This document shows, piece by piece, positions 16,586-26,082 of a stretch of DNA of 27,262 bases. The notes beneath the pieces were generated by a model. The model was not told where the DNA came from. It was given only the letters and a program-made list of their open reading frames with translations, and ran no database searches. The translations under genes were made by a program, and so were the position numbers. The number at the start of each line of letters is the position of its first letter. Positions within the stretch are counted from its first letter, which is position 1. The stretch comes from an uncultured Lachnospiraceae bacterium (GTDB lineage: Bacteria > Bacillota > Clostridia > Lachnospirales > Lachnospiraceae): contig CADBLW010000028.1 of NCBI GenBank assembly GCA_902795625.1, positions 1-27,262 on the forward strand. Direction: 5' to 3'.

Positions 16586-18127
16586 ATGAACACACCGATT
16601 TATGATTTTGTTGAGGCCTACCGCGAAAGCGACGCGGTGCGGCTTCATATGCCCGGTCACAAGGGAGTGCCCGGGCCGTTGGGCGTTGAGCCCTTTGACA
16701 TCACGGAGATCGACGGGGCGGATGTGCTCTCGCAGGCCTGCGGCATCATCGCCGAGAGCGAGGCCAACGCGGGCGCTCTGTTCGGCTGCCGCACGCTCTA
16801 CTCGACCGAGGGGTCGTCACTCTGCGTGCGCGCAATGGTCTTTCTACTGAAAATGACGGCGCTTCACCGCGGGGTCACTCCTCGCATCCTCGCCGCGCGC
16901 AACGTGCACAGGTCCTTCCTGGACGCGGTGGCGCTGCTGGACATCGAGGTGGACTGGATCATGCCGAAGGCAGCGGGGGAAGGAAAGCCGTTTGCCTACG
17001 AATCCTGCGAGATCAGCGGCGATGAGCTGGCCGTCATGATCGACCGTCTGCGCGGGGAGGGACGCATGCCCTCCGCCGTCTATATCACCAGCCCGGATTA
17101 TTTCGGAAACTGCGCCGACATCGCCGCGCTTGCGGAGGTGTGCCACAGTCACGGCTGTTTCCTTGCCGTTGACAACGCCCACGGCGCGTACATGCGGTTC
17201 CTTGCGGAGTCCGCTCACCCGATGAATCTCGGCGCGGATATCTGCTGCGATTCCGCTCACAAGACGCTTCCCGTCCTGACCGGCGGGGCGTATCTCCATA
17301 TCAGCAGGGACAATCATTTTCTGACGGAGAGCGCGGGGCGCGCGATGGCTCTTTTTGCCACCACGAGTCCTTCCTATCTGATCCTGCAGTCCCTCGATCT
17401 TTGCAACGCCTATATTGAGGAAAATGAAGCCCTCTTCGAGAGGACGGCGAACCGTGTCGCCCAGCTGCGCGAGGAGCTGGCGAAGGCCGGCTACCGCATG
17501 GTCGGAACGGAGCCCTGGAAGATCACGCTTGTCGTCGGTGACGAGACGGAGTACGGCGACGAGGATGAGGAGGGAGCATTTTCCGACGGAGACATGCTGG
17601 CGGAAATGCTCGGCAAATTCGGCATATTCGCTGAGTACCACGACCGCAGGCACGTCGTTCTGATGTTCAGCACCCAGACCACGGAGGGCGAGTTTGCCCT
17701 GGTCGGAAGCGTGCTCGCGCAGATCGCCAAGGAGCGGAGCGACGAACCGGAAGAGGCGAAGGATGAGGCTTCGGAGAAGAAGGGCACCGCAGGGCTGAAG
17801 CAGGGTGCCGCAGAGGAGCAGGAGGAAGCCGGGGAGCAGGATTCCGGGGATGATCAGGATGCCGCTGAGGAGTGTGACACCGCGGAAAATGACCGGATCC
17901 CCGTGCCGGTTCAGGTACTGACGCCGGCGGAGGCCATCCTGGCGGAGAGCGAGTATGTCGACGCATCACAGTGCGTCGGGCGCGTGCTGGCGGAGCCGCT
18001 TGTCCACATGCCTCCGTGCGTTCCCGTATACATGTGCGGTGAGGTGCTCGGTGAGGACGCGGTGCGCTTCGTGCAGGGGCGCGTGCGCGTGGTGAAGGAG
18101 CCGGTGGGTATTTTCCGAAGAAAATAA
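16586..18127 (+). CDS. PLP-dependent Orn/Lys/Arg decarboxylase-family protein (short, YaaO-like)
   Basis: LHMPGHKG, DITEIDGAD, YITSPDYFG, VDNAHGA, PLP lysine motif SAHKTLP, TTSPSYLI, and a C-terminal GRVLAE..PP.VP...GE. Substrate cannot be determined from motifs. Confidence 0.88.
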   Translation: MNTPIYDFVEAYRESDAVRLHMPGHKGVPGPLGVEPFDITEIDGADVLSQACGIIAESEANAGALFGCRTLYSTEGSSLCVRAMVFLLKMTALHRGVTPRILAARNVHRSFLDAVALLDIEVDWIMPKAAGEGKPFAYESCEISGDELAVMIDRLRGEGRMPSAVYITSPDYFGNCADIAALAEVCHSHGCFLAVDNAHGAYMRFLAESAHPMNLGADICCDSAHKTLPVLTGGAYLHISRDNHFLTESAGRAMALFATTSPSYLILQSLDLCNAYIEENEALFERTANRVAQLREELAKAGYRMVGTEPWKITLVVGDETEYGDEDEEGAFSDGDMLAEMLGKFGIFAEYHDRRHVVLMFSTQTTEGEFALVGSVLAQIAKERSDEPEEAKDEASEKKGTAGLKQGAAEEQEEAGEQDSGDDQDAAEECDTAENDRIPVPVQVLTPAEAILAESEYVDASQCVGRVLAEPLVHMPPCVPVYMCGEVLGEDAVRFVQGRVRVVKEPVGIFRRK

Positions 18128-18226
18128 CGCGATGATCGCGCGAAGGATATCGAAAATGTGCCGCGCGGAAGGATTGCGTGAACCATAATGCGTATAATGA
18201 CAGGTTCGGAGGAATTAGAGACAGAC

Positions 18227-19369
18227 ATGGAATGGAGTTTGACGGACGGCTCGGCGAAACGGCTGGGCAGGACATATGGTATTGACGGCACGCTGTGGCT
18301 GAGCTACTCGGCGTCGGGCGCGGAGTGGATCTGCCGCGATGCGGAATGCACGATCCGGCTCACGGGAGACGCGATGAGCGGTGACCCGGTGCACAGTCCG
18401 CGGTACGCAATCGAGGTGAACGGCAGGCGCGTTGTCAGCGCGACGATGCCCGCGGGCAGAGAGGCCGTGCATACGGTCTCAGCGGCGGGAGAGACCCTTG
18501 CGGAGGGGCAGGACAATGCGGCAGCGGCAGGAGAGAACACTGCGGAAGGACAGGACAATACGGCAGCGGCAGATGGCGCGGCAGCGGCGAAGGGCTTTAC
18601 CGTGCGGGTGCTGAAGCTCTCGGAGTGCGCGGATTCCACGCTGGGGATTGCGGCGGTCGTGTGCGACACGAAGCCGGAGCCGACGGAGGAGAAGGTGTTC
18701 CGCGTGGAGTTCGTGGGCGATTCCATCACCTGCGGGTACGGCGTGGACGGCGTGCTCGGCGATCTGTACAGCACCTCCAACGAGGACGCGACGAAGGCGT
18801 ACGCGTACCTGACAGCGCGGGAGCTGGATGTGGATTACAGCCTTGTCTCCTTCAGCGGGTACGGCATCATCTCGGGCTACACGGAGCTTGAGGTTCCGAG
18901 GACCGAGTGCCTTGTGCCGGACTACTACAAGACCATGGGAAATTCCTACGGAAAATTCGCGGACCGCGTGGAGCCGTCGGCTGTCCCTTGGGATTTCGGG
19001 GCATTTTCCGCAGATGTTGTCGTGATCAATCTTGGAACCAACGACGCGAGCTACTGCAGAGATGTTCCGGAGAGACACCGCGCGTATATCGAGGAGTACA
19101 AGAGGTTTCTCGCGGAGGTGCGGGCGTGCAACCCGATCGCGGTGATCCTGTGTACGCTCGGCATTATGGACGACCGGCTGAACGGCGCGATGGAGACGGC
19201 AGTCGCGGAGTATGTGGAGGAGAGCGGTGACGCGGATGTGCGCACGATGATCTTCACGCCGCAGAACATGGAGAAGGACGGCGCCGCGGTGGACTGGCAT
19301 CCGAGCGCGATCTCGCACCGGAAGGCGGCGGACAAGCTGATCGCGTATATGCGCGAGAACATTTTTTGA
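18227..19369 (+). CDS. SGNH/GDSL hydrolase, CE2-like carbohydrate esterase; no signal peptide seen
   Basis: N-terminal beta domain with GR; block I GDSITCGYG; block III NLGTND; terminal DWHP lacking the canonical DxxH spacing, as in CE2 enzymes. Confidence 0.8.
   Translation: MEWSLTDGSAKRLGRTYGIDGTLWLSYSASGAEWICRDAECTIRLTGDAMSGDPVHSPRYAIEVNGRRVVSATMPAGREAVHTVSAAGETLAEGQDNAAAAGENTAEGQDNTAAADGAAAAKGFTVRVLKLSECADSTLGIAAVVCDTKPEPTEEKVFRVEFVGDSITCGYGVDGVLGDLYSTSNEDATKAYAYLTARELDVDYSLVSFSGYGIISGYTELEVPRTECLVPDYYKTMGNSYGKFADRVEPSAVPWDFGAFSADVVVINLGTNDASYCRDVPERHRAYIEEYKRFLAEVRACNPIAVILCTLGIMDDRLNGAMETAVAEYVEESGDADVRTMIFTPQNMEKDGAAVDWHPSAISHRKAADKLIAYMRENIF
18488..18571 (+). repeat. 42-bp in-frame tandem duplication in the SGNH esterase
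   Basis: GGAGAGACCCTTGCGGAGGGGCAGGACAATGCGGCAGCGGCA followed by GGAGAGAACACTGCGGAAGGACAGGACAATACGGCAGCGGCA, encoding GETLAEGQDNAAAA and GENTAEGQDNTAAA. Confidence 0.85.
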
Positions 19370-19455
19370 GAACCTTTGCGGAACACGCGAAGGAATAATC
19401 CGGAAAATCAGGGCGCCCCGGGGCTGCCCGAAAACATAGGAAGGAGCTTGAGAAG

Positions 19456-20142
19456 ATGGAGATTCAGGATTTGTTGAACAAGGTCGACCACACGCTGTTG
19501 TCGACAACGGCCACATGGGAGGAGATCCGCGCGATCTGCGACGACGGCATGCGGTTCCACACGGCGAGTGTGTGCATTCCCCCGTGCTATGTGAAGAAGG
19601 CCGTGGAGTATGTGAAGGGCGGCGTGCCGGTGTGCACGGTGATCGGTTTCCCGAACGGTTATGCCACAACCCTCATCAAATGCGCGGAGGCGACGGACGC
19701 GGTGCGCAACGGCGCGGCGGAGATCGATATGGTCGTGAACCTCGGAATGGTCAAGGAGGGCCGGTATGACGATATCCTCGCGGAGATCAATGCCGTTAAG
19801 ACATCGTGCGACGGGCGTCTTCTGAAGGTTATCATCGAGACGTGCAAGCTCACGGAGGTGGAGAAGATCGCGCTCTGTGACGTCGTGTCCCGCTCGACGG
19901 CGGACTACATCAAGACGTCCACCGGCTTCGGCGGAGGCGGAGCGACATTCCACGATGTCGAGCTCATGGCGCTGCACTGCAAGGGCAAGAAGGTCAAGGC
20001 GGCCGGCGGGATCCGCTCCATCGAGGACGCGGAGAAATTCATCGAGCTCGGCGCCGACAGACTCGGAACGAGCAAGGTCGTGGGCGAGGTCAAATCCATC
20101 CTGAACGAGAAGAAGCACAGCAATCTCAGTTTCTTCTCCTGA
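19456..20142 (+). CDS. deoC: Deoxyribose-phosphate aldolase
   Basis: [38 protein letters not shown] (Schiff-base Lys), KVKAAGGIR and RLGTS. Confidence 0.97.
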   Translation: MEIQDLLNKVDHTLLSTTATWEEIRAICDDGMRFHTASVCIPPCYVKKAVEYVKGGVPVCTVIGFPNGYATTLIKCAEATDAVRNGAAEIDMVVNLGMVKEGRYDDILAEINAVKTSCDGRLLKVIIETCKLTEVEKIALCDVVSRSTADYIKTSTGFGGGGATFHDVELMALHCKGKKVKAAGGIRSIEDAEKFIELGADRLGTSKVVGEVKSILNEKKHSNLSFFS

Positions 20143-20144
20143 GG

Positions 20145-20173
20145 TTGACGAACCCTGCGAAATCTGATTTAAT
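20145..20173 (+). promoter_or_regulatory. Putative SigA promoter (extended -10) for deoD
   Basis: TTGACG (20145-20150), 17-bp spacer, TTTAAT (20168-20173) preceded by TGn. Confidence 0.55.
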
Positions 20174-20249
20174 GACAACGGAAAAGCAGAGCATTTTCCG
20201 GGAAGAGAAGAAGGAAACTATCGAATGATCGAAGATGAAGGAGGACACC

Positions 20250-20990
20250 ATGGCGAACTATCCGACCCCTCATATTAAGGCGACACCCGACGATATCGCA
20301 AAGACCGTGCTGATGCCGGGCGACCCGCTGCGTGCGAAATTTATCGCGGAGACTTTTCTGGAAAAACCCGTGCTGTTCAACAACGTGCGCGGCATCCAGG
20401 GCTACACAGGAACCTACGAGGGAACGCGCGTGAGCGTGATGGCCAGCGGTATGGGCATCCCGTCCATCGGCATCTACACCCACGAGCTGTTCAACTTCTT
20501 CGATGTGGAAAATATCATCCGCATCGGTTCGGCAGGCGCCTACAGCCCGAAGGTGAAGGTGCGCGACATCGTGATCGCCCAGGGCGCGTGCTACGACACC
20601 AACTATGTGAGACAGTTCAACCTGCCGGGAACGTACTCGGCAATCAGTGATTTCGGGCTGCTTTCTACAGCAGTAGAAACAGCAAAAGAACAGCATTTGA
20701 GCTACCATGTCGGAAACCTGTTCTCCAGCGATATCTTCTACGGGGATCCGGAGGCATTTACCGAGGCCGAGCAGCCCAGAGCTGCCTGGAGCAAGATGGG
20801 TGTGCTCTGCGTGGAGATGGAGGCCGCAGGTCTCTTCATGAACGCAGCGCGCGCAGGCAAGAAGGCTCTGGCGATCTGCACGATCTCCGATCACCTGATC
20901 ACCGGTGAGAGCCTGCCCGCGGAGGAGCGGCAGACGTCCTTCACCGAGATGATGAAGCTGGCGCTGACGGTGGCTAAGAAGGTGGATTGA
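20250..20990 (+). CDS. deoD: Purine nucleoside phosphorylase, DeoD type
   Basis: TPHI, VLMPGDPLRAKFIA, NNVRG, GMGIPS, IRIGSAGA and VEMEAAG motifs; SD AGGAGG before ATG 20250. Confidence 0.96.
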   Translation: MANYPTPHIKATPDDIAKTVLMPGDPLRAKFIAETFLEKPVLFNNVRGIQGYTGTYEGTRVSVMASGMGIPSIGIYTHELFNFFDVENIIRIGSAGAYSPKVKVRDIVIAQGACYDTNYVRQFNLPGTYSAISDFGLLSTAVETAKEQHLSYHVGNLFSSDIFYGDPEAFTEAEQPRAAWSKMGVLCVEMEAAGLFMNAARAGKKALAICTISDHLITGESLPAEERQTSFTEMMKLALTVAKKVD

Positions 20991-21050
20991 TGCAGACCGC
21001 GGGTCTGATCGGAAAAATCCACAAAAAAACAGGAACATTTTTGTAATCTT

Positions 21051-21082
21051 CGCGCCCGAATGCGGATTGACTTTCGGGCGCG
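21051..21082. promoter_or_regulatory. Perfect 10-bp inverted repeat enclosing the -35 of the trpS promoter
   Basis: CGCGCCCGAA (21051-21060), 12-nt spacer containing TTGACT, TTCGGGCGCG (21073-21082). Confidence 0.6.
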
Positions 21083-21095
21083 TAGTTGTTATATT
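21067..21095 (+). promoter_or_regulatory. SigA promoter (extended -10) for the trpS operon
   Basis: TTGACT (21067-21072), 17-bp spacer, TATATT (21090-21095) preceded by TGn, followed by an AT-rich stretch. Confidence 0.7.
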
Positions 21096-21173
21096 TATTT
21101 AGTTATGTAAGTTATATGCGGATTCATTTTCCGATTACGCGGATTCAACGATGGATCCATCGGGAGGACTAAG

Positions 21174-22256
21174 ATGGGTAAGATTATTTTGACCGGAGAC
21201 CGGCCGACCGGACGGCTGCATGTGGGACACTATGTGGGATCCCTGAAGCGCCGTGTGGAACTGCAGAATTCCGGTGAGTTTGACAAGATCTTCATTATGA
21301 TCGCAGACGCACAGGCTCTCACGGACAACGCGGACAACCCGCAGAAGGTGCGTGAGAACATTATTGAGGTTGCGCTTGACTATATGGCGGCGGGGCTCGA
21401 CCCGGAGAAGTGCACGATCTTCATCCAGTCGCAGATCCCGGAGCTGACGGAGCTGACATTTTACTACATGAACCTTGTGACGGTGGCTCGCCTTCACCGC
21501 AATCCGACCGTGAAGAACGAGATCGTGATGCGCGGCTTCGAGGAGAGTATCCCGGCGGGCTTCTTCACGTATCCCGTGAGCCAGACCTCGGATATCACGG
21601 CGTTCAAGGCAACGACCGTGCCGGTGGGTGAGGACCAGCTGCCGATGATCGAGCAGGCGAGAGAGATCGTCCGCCGCTTCAACATGATCTACGGCGATGT
21701 TTTAGTGGAGCCCGAGGCGGTCATCCCGGACAACGAGACGTGCAAGCGTCTGCCCGGCACCGACGGCAAGGCGAAGATGAGCAAGTCCCTCGGCAACTGC
21801 ATCTATCTTGCGGACAGCGCCGAGGAAGTGAAGCAGAAGGTCATGAATATGTACACCGACCCGAACCACATCAAGGTGACCGATCCCGGTACCGTGGAGG
21901 GCAACGCGGTGTTTACGTATCTGGATGCATTCTGCAAGCCGGAGCATTTTCCGAAATATCTGCCCGACTATGAGAACCTTGACGCGCTGAAGGATCACTA
22001 CAGACGCGGCGGCCTCGGCGACGTGAAGATCAAGCGTTTCCTGTGTGCCGTTTTGGAGGAGGAGCTCGCGCCGATCCGCGCGAGACGCGAGGAGCTGCAG
22101 AAGCACATTCCGGAGATCCTCGAGATCCTGCACAAGGGAAGCATCGAGGCACAGAAGACCGCGGCGGCGACGCTGGCGGAGGTAAAGGCTGCGATGCGGA
22201 TCAACTATTTCGATGATGACACTTGGGTGAAGGAACAGGCTGAGAAGTACCGTTAA
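21174..22256 (+). CDS. trpS: Tryptophan--tRNA ligase
   Basis: TGDRPTG; HIGH-like HVGH; IADAQALT; FIQS; YPVSQ; VPVGEDQLP; KMSKS. Confidence 0.97.
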   Translation: MGKIILTGDRPTGRLHVGHYVGSLKRRVELQNSGEFDKIFIMIADAQALTDNADNPQKVRENIIEVALDYMAAGLDPEKCTIFIQSQIPELTELTFYYMNLVTVARLHRNPTVKNEIVMRGFEESIPAGFFTYPVSQTSDITAFKATTVPVGEDQLPMIEQAREIVRRFNMIYGDVLVEPEAVIPDNETCKRLPGTDGKAKMSKSLGNCIYLADSAEEVKQKVMNMYTDPNHIKVTDPGTVEGNAVFTYLDAFCKPEHFPKYLPDYENLDALKDHYRRGGLGDVKIKRFLCAVLEEELAPIRARREELQKHIPEILEILHKGSIEAQKTAAATLAEVKAAMRINYFDDDTWVKEQAEKYR

Positions 22257-22267
22257 CGGAGGTCAGC

Positions 22268-23497
22268 ATGGAGAGCGAATACTATTACCAGCGCAATGAG
22301 GTTGAGGTCAACGCCATTCTGCTGCGATGCGCGCTTGTGCTCCTGTTCGTCGGCCCGTTTCTCGCGCTTTTGCGCATCTGGGGGATCAACCAGGAGTTCA
22401 ACTATCTGGAGTGCTTCTTTTTCTCGGCCATCGTGCTTGTGCTGTACATTTTCGGCAGAGCCCTGCAGCACACGGAGAAGTTTCAATGGCTGTTGAAGTA
22501 CCTCATTCTCCTCGGTATGCATGCCGGCGTGTGCTACATGGCGACGAAACCGGGCATTTTGGTGTATATCAGCTACGCGCTGATGCCGGCGCTGTCGTGC
22601 CTGTATTACCGCAAGCGGTTCACGCTGCAGATCACGGGTTTCTGTTACCTGATCATGATGGGGACGATGTTCCTGCGCGCGGACAATGAGACAACCTACG
22701 CGTACGATTCCCTCACGTCCGAGGAGTGGTACAGCGTCTTCGGCTTCGGCTTTACATGGGAATACGTGCTTCTTGCCATCGTGTTGATCGCGCTGGTCGG
22801 CAAGACCGAGTCGAGCCTGAATCTGCTGCACAAGAGCAACCGGCAGATGCAGGACATGCAGCTGCAGCTGATCTCCGGATTTGCTAATTTCCTGGAGTTC
22901 CGGGATCAGAGCACCGGCCACCACGTGCGCCGCACGCAGGCGTATGTGCGCATGATCGCCCTCGGAATGTATCACAGAGGCTACTATCAGGCGGAGCTTT
23001 CCGCCAAGGCTATCAACTACATGGAGATCGCGGCGCCGCTTCATGACGTCGGTAAGATTGCCATTCCCGATGCGGTCCTCTTAAAGGAGGGTGAGCTGAC
23101 GGATGAGGAATATGAGATCATCAAGAACCATACCCGCGAGGGTTATCGTCTGATCACGGAAAATCTTTCCGAGCTTCCCGACAAGCGCCTGCTCAAGTGT
23201 GCGCAGGAGATCACCCTGAGCCACCATGAGCGCTGGGACGGCACCGGATACCCGGAGGGGCTGCGGGGCACGCAGATCCCGCTGTCGGCGAGAATTATGG
23301 CGATCGCGGACACGCTCGATGCGATGCTGTCGGAGCGTGTATATAAGAAGAGCATGGATCTGGACGAGGTGCTGTACGAGCTTGTCAAGGAGAAGGGCAA
23401 GCATTTTGAGCCGTGTATCGTGGATACCGTGGTGAAGCTGCGGTCTGAGATAGAAGAGTTCCTCCTTGAGGAGAGCCGCAAGGAGAAAGAAGAGTGA
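22268..23497 (+). CDS. Membrane-bound HD-GYP domain protein (putative cyclic dinucleotide phosphodiesterase)
   Basis: About 5-6 hydrophobic segments in the N-terminal 180 aa; [30 protein letters not shown] and [10 protein letters not shown] motifs. Confidence 0.9.
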   Translation: MESEYYYQRNEVEVNAILLRCALVLLFVGPFLALLRIWGINQEFNYLECFFFSAIVLVLYIFGRALQHTEKFQWLLKYLILLGMHAGVCYMATKPGILVYISYALMPALSCLYYRKRFTLQITGFCYLIMMGTMFLRADNETTYAYDSLTSEEWYSVFGFGFTWEYVLLAIVLIALVGKTESSLNLLHKSNRQMQDMQLQLISGFANFLEFRDQSTGHHVRRTQAYVRMIALGMYHRGYYQAELSAKAINYMEIAAPLHDVGKIAIPDAVLLKEGELTDEEYEIIKNHTREGYRLITENLSELPDKRLLKCAQEITLSHHERWDGTGYPEGLRGTQIPLSARIMAIADTLDAMLSERVYKKSMDLDEVLYELVKEKGKHFEPCIVDTVVKLRSEIEEFLLEESRKEKEE

Positions 23498-23507
23498 GGA
23501 CAAGGGC

Positions 23508-24992
23508 ATGAAACGACTCGGATTTGACAACAACAAGTATCTGGAGATGCAGTCGGCGCACATCAAGGAGAGAATCGGCCAGTTCGGCGGCAAGCTGTAT
23601 CTGGAGTTCGGCGGCAAGCTGTTCGACGATTTCCACGCTTCCCGCGTACTGCCGGGCTTCCAGCCTGACAGTAAGATCCGCATGCTGGCGCAGATCAAGG
23701 ACGATGCGGAGATCGTGCTGGCGATCAACGCCAACGACATTGTCAACAACAAGATGCGCGCGGACCTGAGTATCACGTACGATCTCGACGTGCTTCGACT
23801 GATCGACGCATTCCGCGGCTACGGAATGTACGTCGGCAGCGTCGTGCTGACGCAGTACGTGGAGCAGCAGGCGGTTCTCAACTATGAGAAGAAGCTGGAC
23901 AGCCTCGGACTGAAGGTGTACCGCCACTACAAGATCGAGGGCTATCCCGCCAATGTTTCGAGGATCGTGAGCGACGAGGGACTCGGACGCAACGATTACA
24001 TCGAGACCACCAGACCGCTGGTCGTCGTTACGGCGCCCGGCCCGGGCAGCGGCAAGATGGCTACATGCCTCTCGCAGCTCTACCATGAGCACAAGCGCGG
24101 CATCCGCGCCGGCTACGCCAAATTCGAGACGTTCCCGATCTGGAACCTTCCTCTGACGCACCCTGTCAACCTTGCGTATGAGGCTGCCACGGCGGACCTC
24201 AACGATGTGAATATGATCGACCCGTTCCACCTGGAAGCCTACGGCATCACCACGGTCAACTACAACCGTGACGTCGAGATCTTCCCCGTGCTGAACGCTA
24301 TGTTTGAGCGTATCTACGGCTCATCGCCGTACAAGTCGCCCACGGATATGGGCGTGAATATGGCGGGCAACTGCATCATCGACGATGAGGCTACCTGCGC
24401 TGCCTCCAAGGAGGAGATCATCCGCCGTTACTATGCCACCATGTGTGACCGCCGCAAGGCGCGCGCCACGGCCGAGGCGGAGAGCAAGCTCGAGCTCCTG
24501 ATGGAGAAGGCAGGCATCAGCCCCGCGGACCGCAAGGTAGTTGCCGCAGCCAAGAAGAAATCCGAAGAGACCGGCGGAGCTCCCGCTGTTGCCATCGAAC
24601 TCAACGACGGCCGCATCATCACCGGCAAGACCTCGGCACTGCTCGGGTCCTCCTCGGCGGCACTTCTGAATGCCTTGAAGACGCTGGCCGGGATCGACGA
24701 CTCCGTCGACCTTCTGTCGCCGACGCTGATCGAGCCCATCCAGGATCTCAAGATCAACCATCTCGGAAACCGCAACCCCCGTCTCCACACGGACGAGGTG
24801 CTCATCGCGCTTTCCGTCTGCGCGACTCAGGACGACCGCGCGGAGCTCGCGATGCAGCAGCTTGAGAACCTCAAGGACTGTGAAGTACACAGCACCGTTA
24901 TCCTCTCCTCCGTGGACGAGGGCGTCTTCCGCAAGCTCGGCACGCATCTGACAAGCGAGCCCGTATACGAGACCAAGAAATTGTATCATTGA
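23508..24992 (+). CDS. DUF1846 (UPF0371) family protein
   Basis: [35 protein letters not shown]-loop-like [31 protein letters not shown] and TDMGVN; GAGGA before ATG 23508. Confidence 0.9.
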   Translation: MKRLGFDNNKYLEMQSAHIKERIGQFGGKLYLEFGGKLFDDFHASRVLPGFQPDSKIRMLAQIKDDAEIVLAINANDIVNNKMRADLSITYDLDVLRLIDAFRGYGMYVGSVVLTQYVEQQAVLNYEKKLDSLGLKVYRHYKIEGYPANVSRIVSDEGLGRNDYIETTRPLVVVTAPGPGSGKMATCLSQLYHEHKRGIRAGYAKFETFPIWNLPLTHPVNLAYEAATADLNDVNMIDPFHLEAYGITTVNYNRDVEIFPVLNAMFERIYGSSPYKSPTDMGVNMAGNCIIDDEATCAASKEEIIRRYYATMCDRRKARATAEAESKLELLMEKAGISPADRKVVAAAKKKSEETGGAPAVAIELNDGRIITGKTSALLGSSSAALLNALKTLAGIDDSVDLLSPTLIEPIQDLKINHLGNRNPRLHTDEVLIALSVCATQDDRAELAMQQLENLKDCEVHSTVILSSVDEGVFRKLGTHLTSEPVYETKKLYH

Positions 24993-25003
24993 GGTGAATA
25001 CTC

Positions 25004-26014
25004 ATGGAAAAGTGTTATATCCCGGAAGGGTACAAGGCAGCTCTTTCCAACAAGGAAACCCAGATTGCCATCAAGAAGGTGAAGGATTATTTTCAGAGAG
25101 AACTGGCGACGCAGCTTAACCTGCACCGTGTGACGGCTCCGTTGTTCGTAACGCCGGAGTCGGGTCTGAACGATAATCTCAACGGTGTGGAGCGCCCGGT
25201 TGTGTTCGGCATCAAGGAGCGCAACGAGGCTCAGGTTGAGATCGTTCATTCGCTTGCCAAGTGGAAGCGTATGGCCCTCGCCAAATACGGCTTCAAGGTC
25301 GGGGAAGGTCTGTACACCGACATGAACGCCATCCGCAGGGACGAGGACACGGACAACATCCACTCGATCTTCGTGGACCAGTGGGACTGGGAGAAGGTCA
25401 TCACGAAGGAGCAGCGCACGGAGGCGATGCTCCGCAAGACCGTGAAGGAGGTTTACGAGGCTCTCCGCGTGACGGAGAAGTACATCGCAAACCAGTATGA
25501 CTACGTACAATGCATCCTGCCCGAGGAGATCACGTTCATCACCTCGCAGGAGCTTCTGGACCTGTATCCGGACAAGCCGGTGAAGGAGCGCGAGTACCTC
25601 GCGGTGAAGGAGTACGGAGCCGTGTTCATCATGCAGATCGGCGATCTGCTCACCAACGGTGAGAAGCACGACGGCCGCGCGCCGGACTACGATGACTGGC
25701 AGCTGAACGGCGACATCCTTGTGTACTATCCGGTTGACGACATCGCTCTCGAGCTGTCCTCGATGGGTATCCGCGTTGATGAAGTATCCCTGAAGAGCCA
25801 GCTGGAGAAGGCGGGCTGCCCGGAGCGCGCGAAGCTGGATTTCCAGAAGGCTCTTTTGGAGGGCAAGCTTCCGTACACGGTCGGCGGCGGTATCGGCCAG
25901 TCGCGCATCTGTATGTTCTTCCTGCGCAAGGCGCACATCGGGGAGGTACAGGTTTCCGTATGGCCGGATGAGGCTGTCGCGTACGCGTCTTCCCGCGGGG
26001 TGGAGCTGCTGTAA
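25004..26014 (+). CDS. asnA: Aspartate--ammonia ligase
   Basis: GLNDNLNGVERPV, HSLAKWKR, GLYTDMNAIRRDE, VDQWDWE, HDGRAPDYDDW, ELSSMGIRV, GGGIGQSR and HIGEVQ motifs. Confidence 0.97.
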   Translation: MEKCYIPEGYKAALSNKETQIAIKKVKDYFQRELATQLNLHRVTAPLFVTPESGLNDNLNGVERPVVFGIKERNEAQVEIVHSLAKWKRMALAKYGFKVGEGLYTDMNAIRRDEDTDNIHSIFVDQWDWEKVITKEQRTEAMLRKTVKEVYEALRVTEKYIANQYDYVQCILPEEITFITSQELLDLYPDKPVKEREYLAVKEYGAVFIMQIGDLLTNGEKHDGRAPDYDDWQLNGDILVYYPVDDIALELSSMGIRVDEVSLKSQLEKAGCPERAKLDFQKALLEGKLPYTVGGGIGQSRICMFFLRKAHIGEVQVSVWPDEAVAYASSRGVELL

Positions 26015-26032
26015 ACATTTCAGAATACTGAC

Positions 26033-26056
26033 GGGGCTGCCTGAGGCAGCCCCTTT
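26033..26056 (+). terminator. Intrinsic terminator after asnA (short U-tract)
   Basis: GGGGCTGCC-TGA-GGCAGCCCC followed by TTTGT. Confidence 0.7.
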
Positions 26057-26082
26057 GTAGCGAGAGAGGCAGGGTTGTTTCG

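Noticed and set aside
18174-18198. TATAAT at 18193-18198 as the esterase promoter
   Set aside because: The -10 is perfect, but no -35 lies at 16-18 bp and the TG spacing is wrong for an extended -10; too weak to list.
20731-20790. About 6-aa longer loop in DeoD (GDPEAFTEAEQPRAA)
   Set aside because: This is a variable surface loop in DeoD-type phosphorylases, and the catalytic motifs on both sides are intact.
19456-20990. deoC-deoD without deoB or deoA as a novel pathway
   Set aside because: Split deo genes are common in Firmicutes, and the missing genes may lie elsewhere in the genome.
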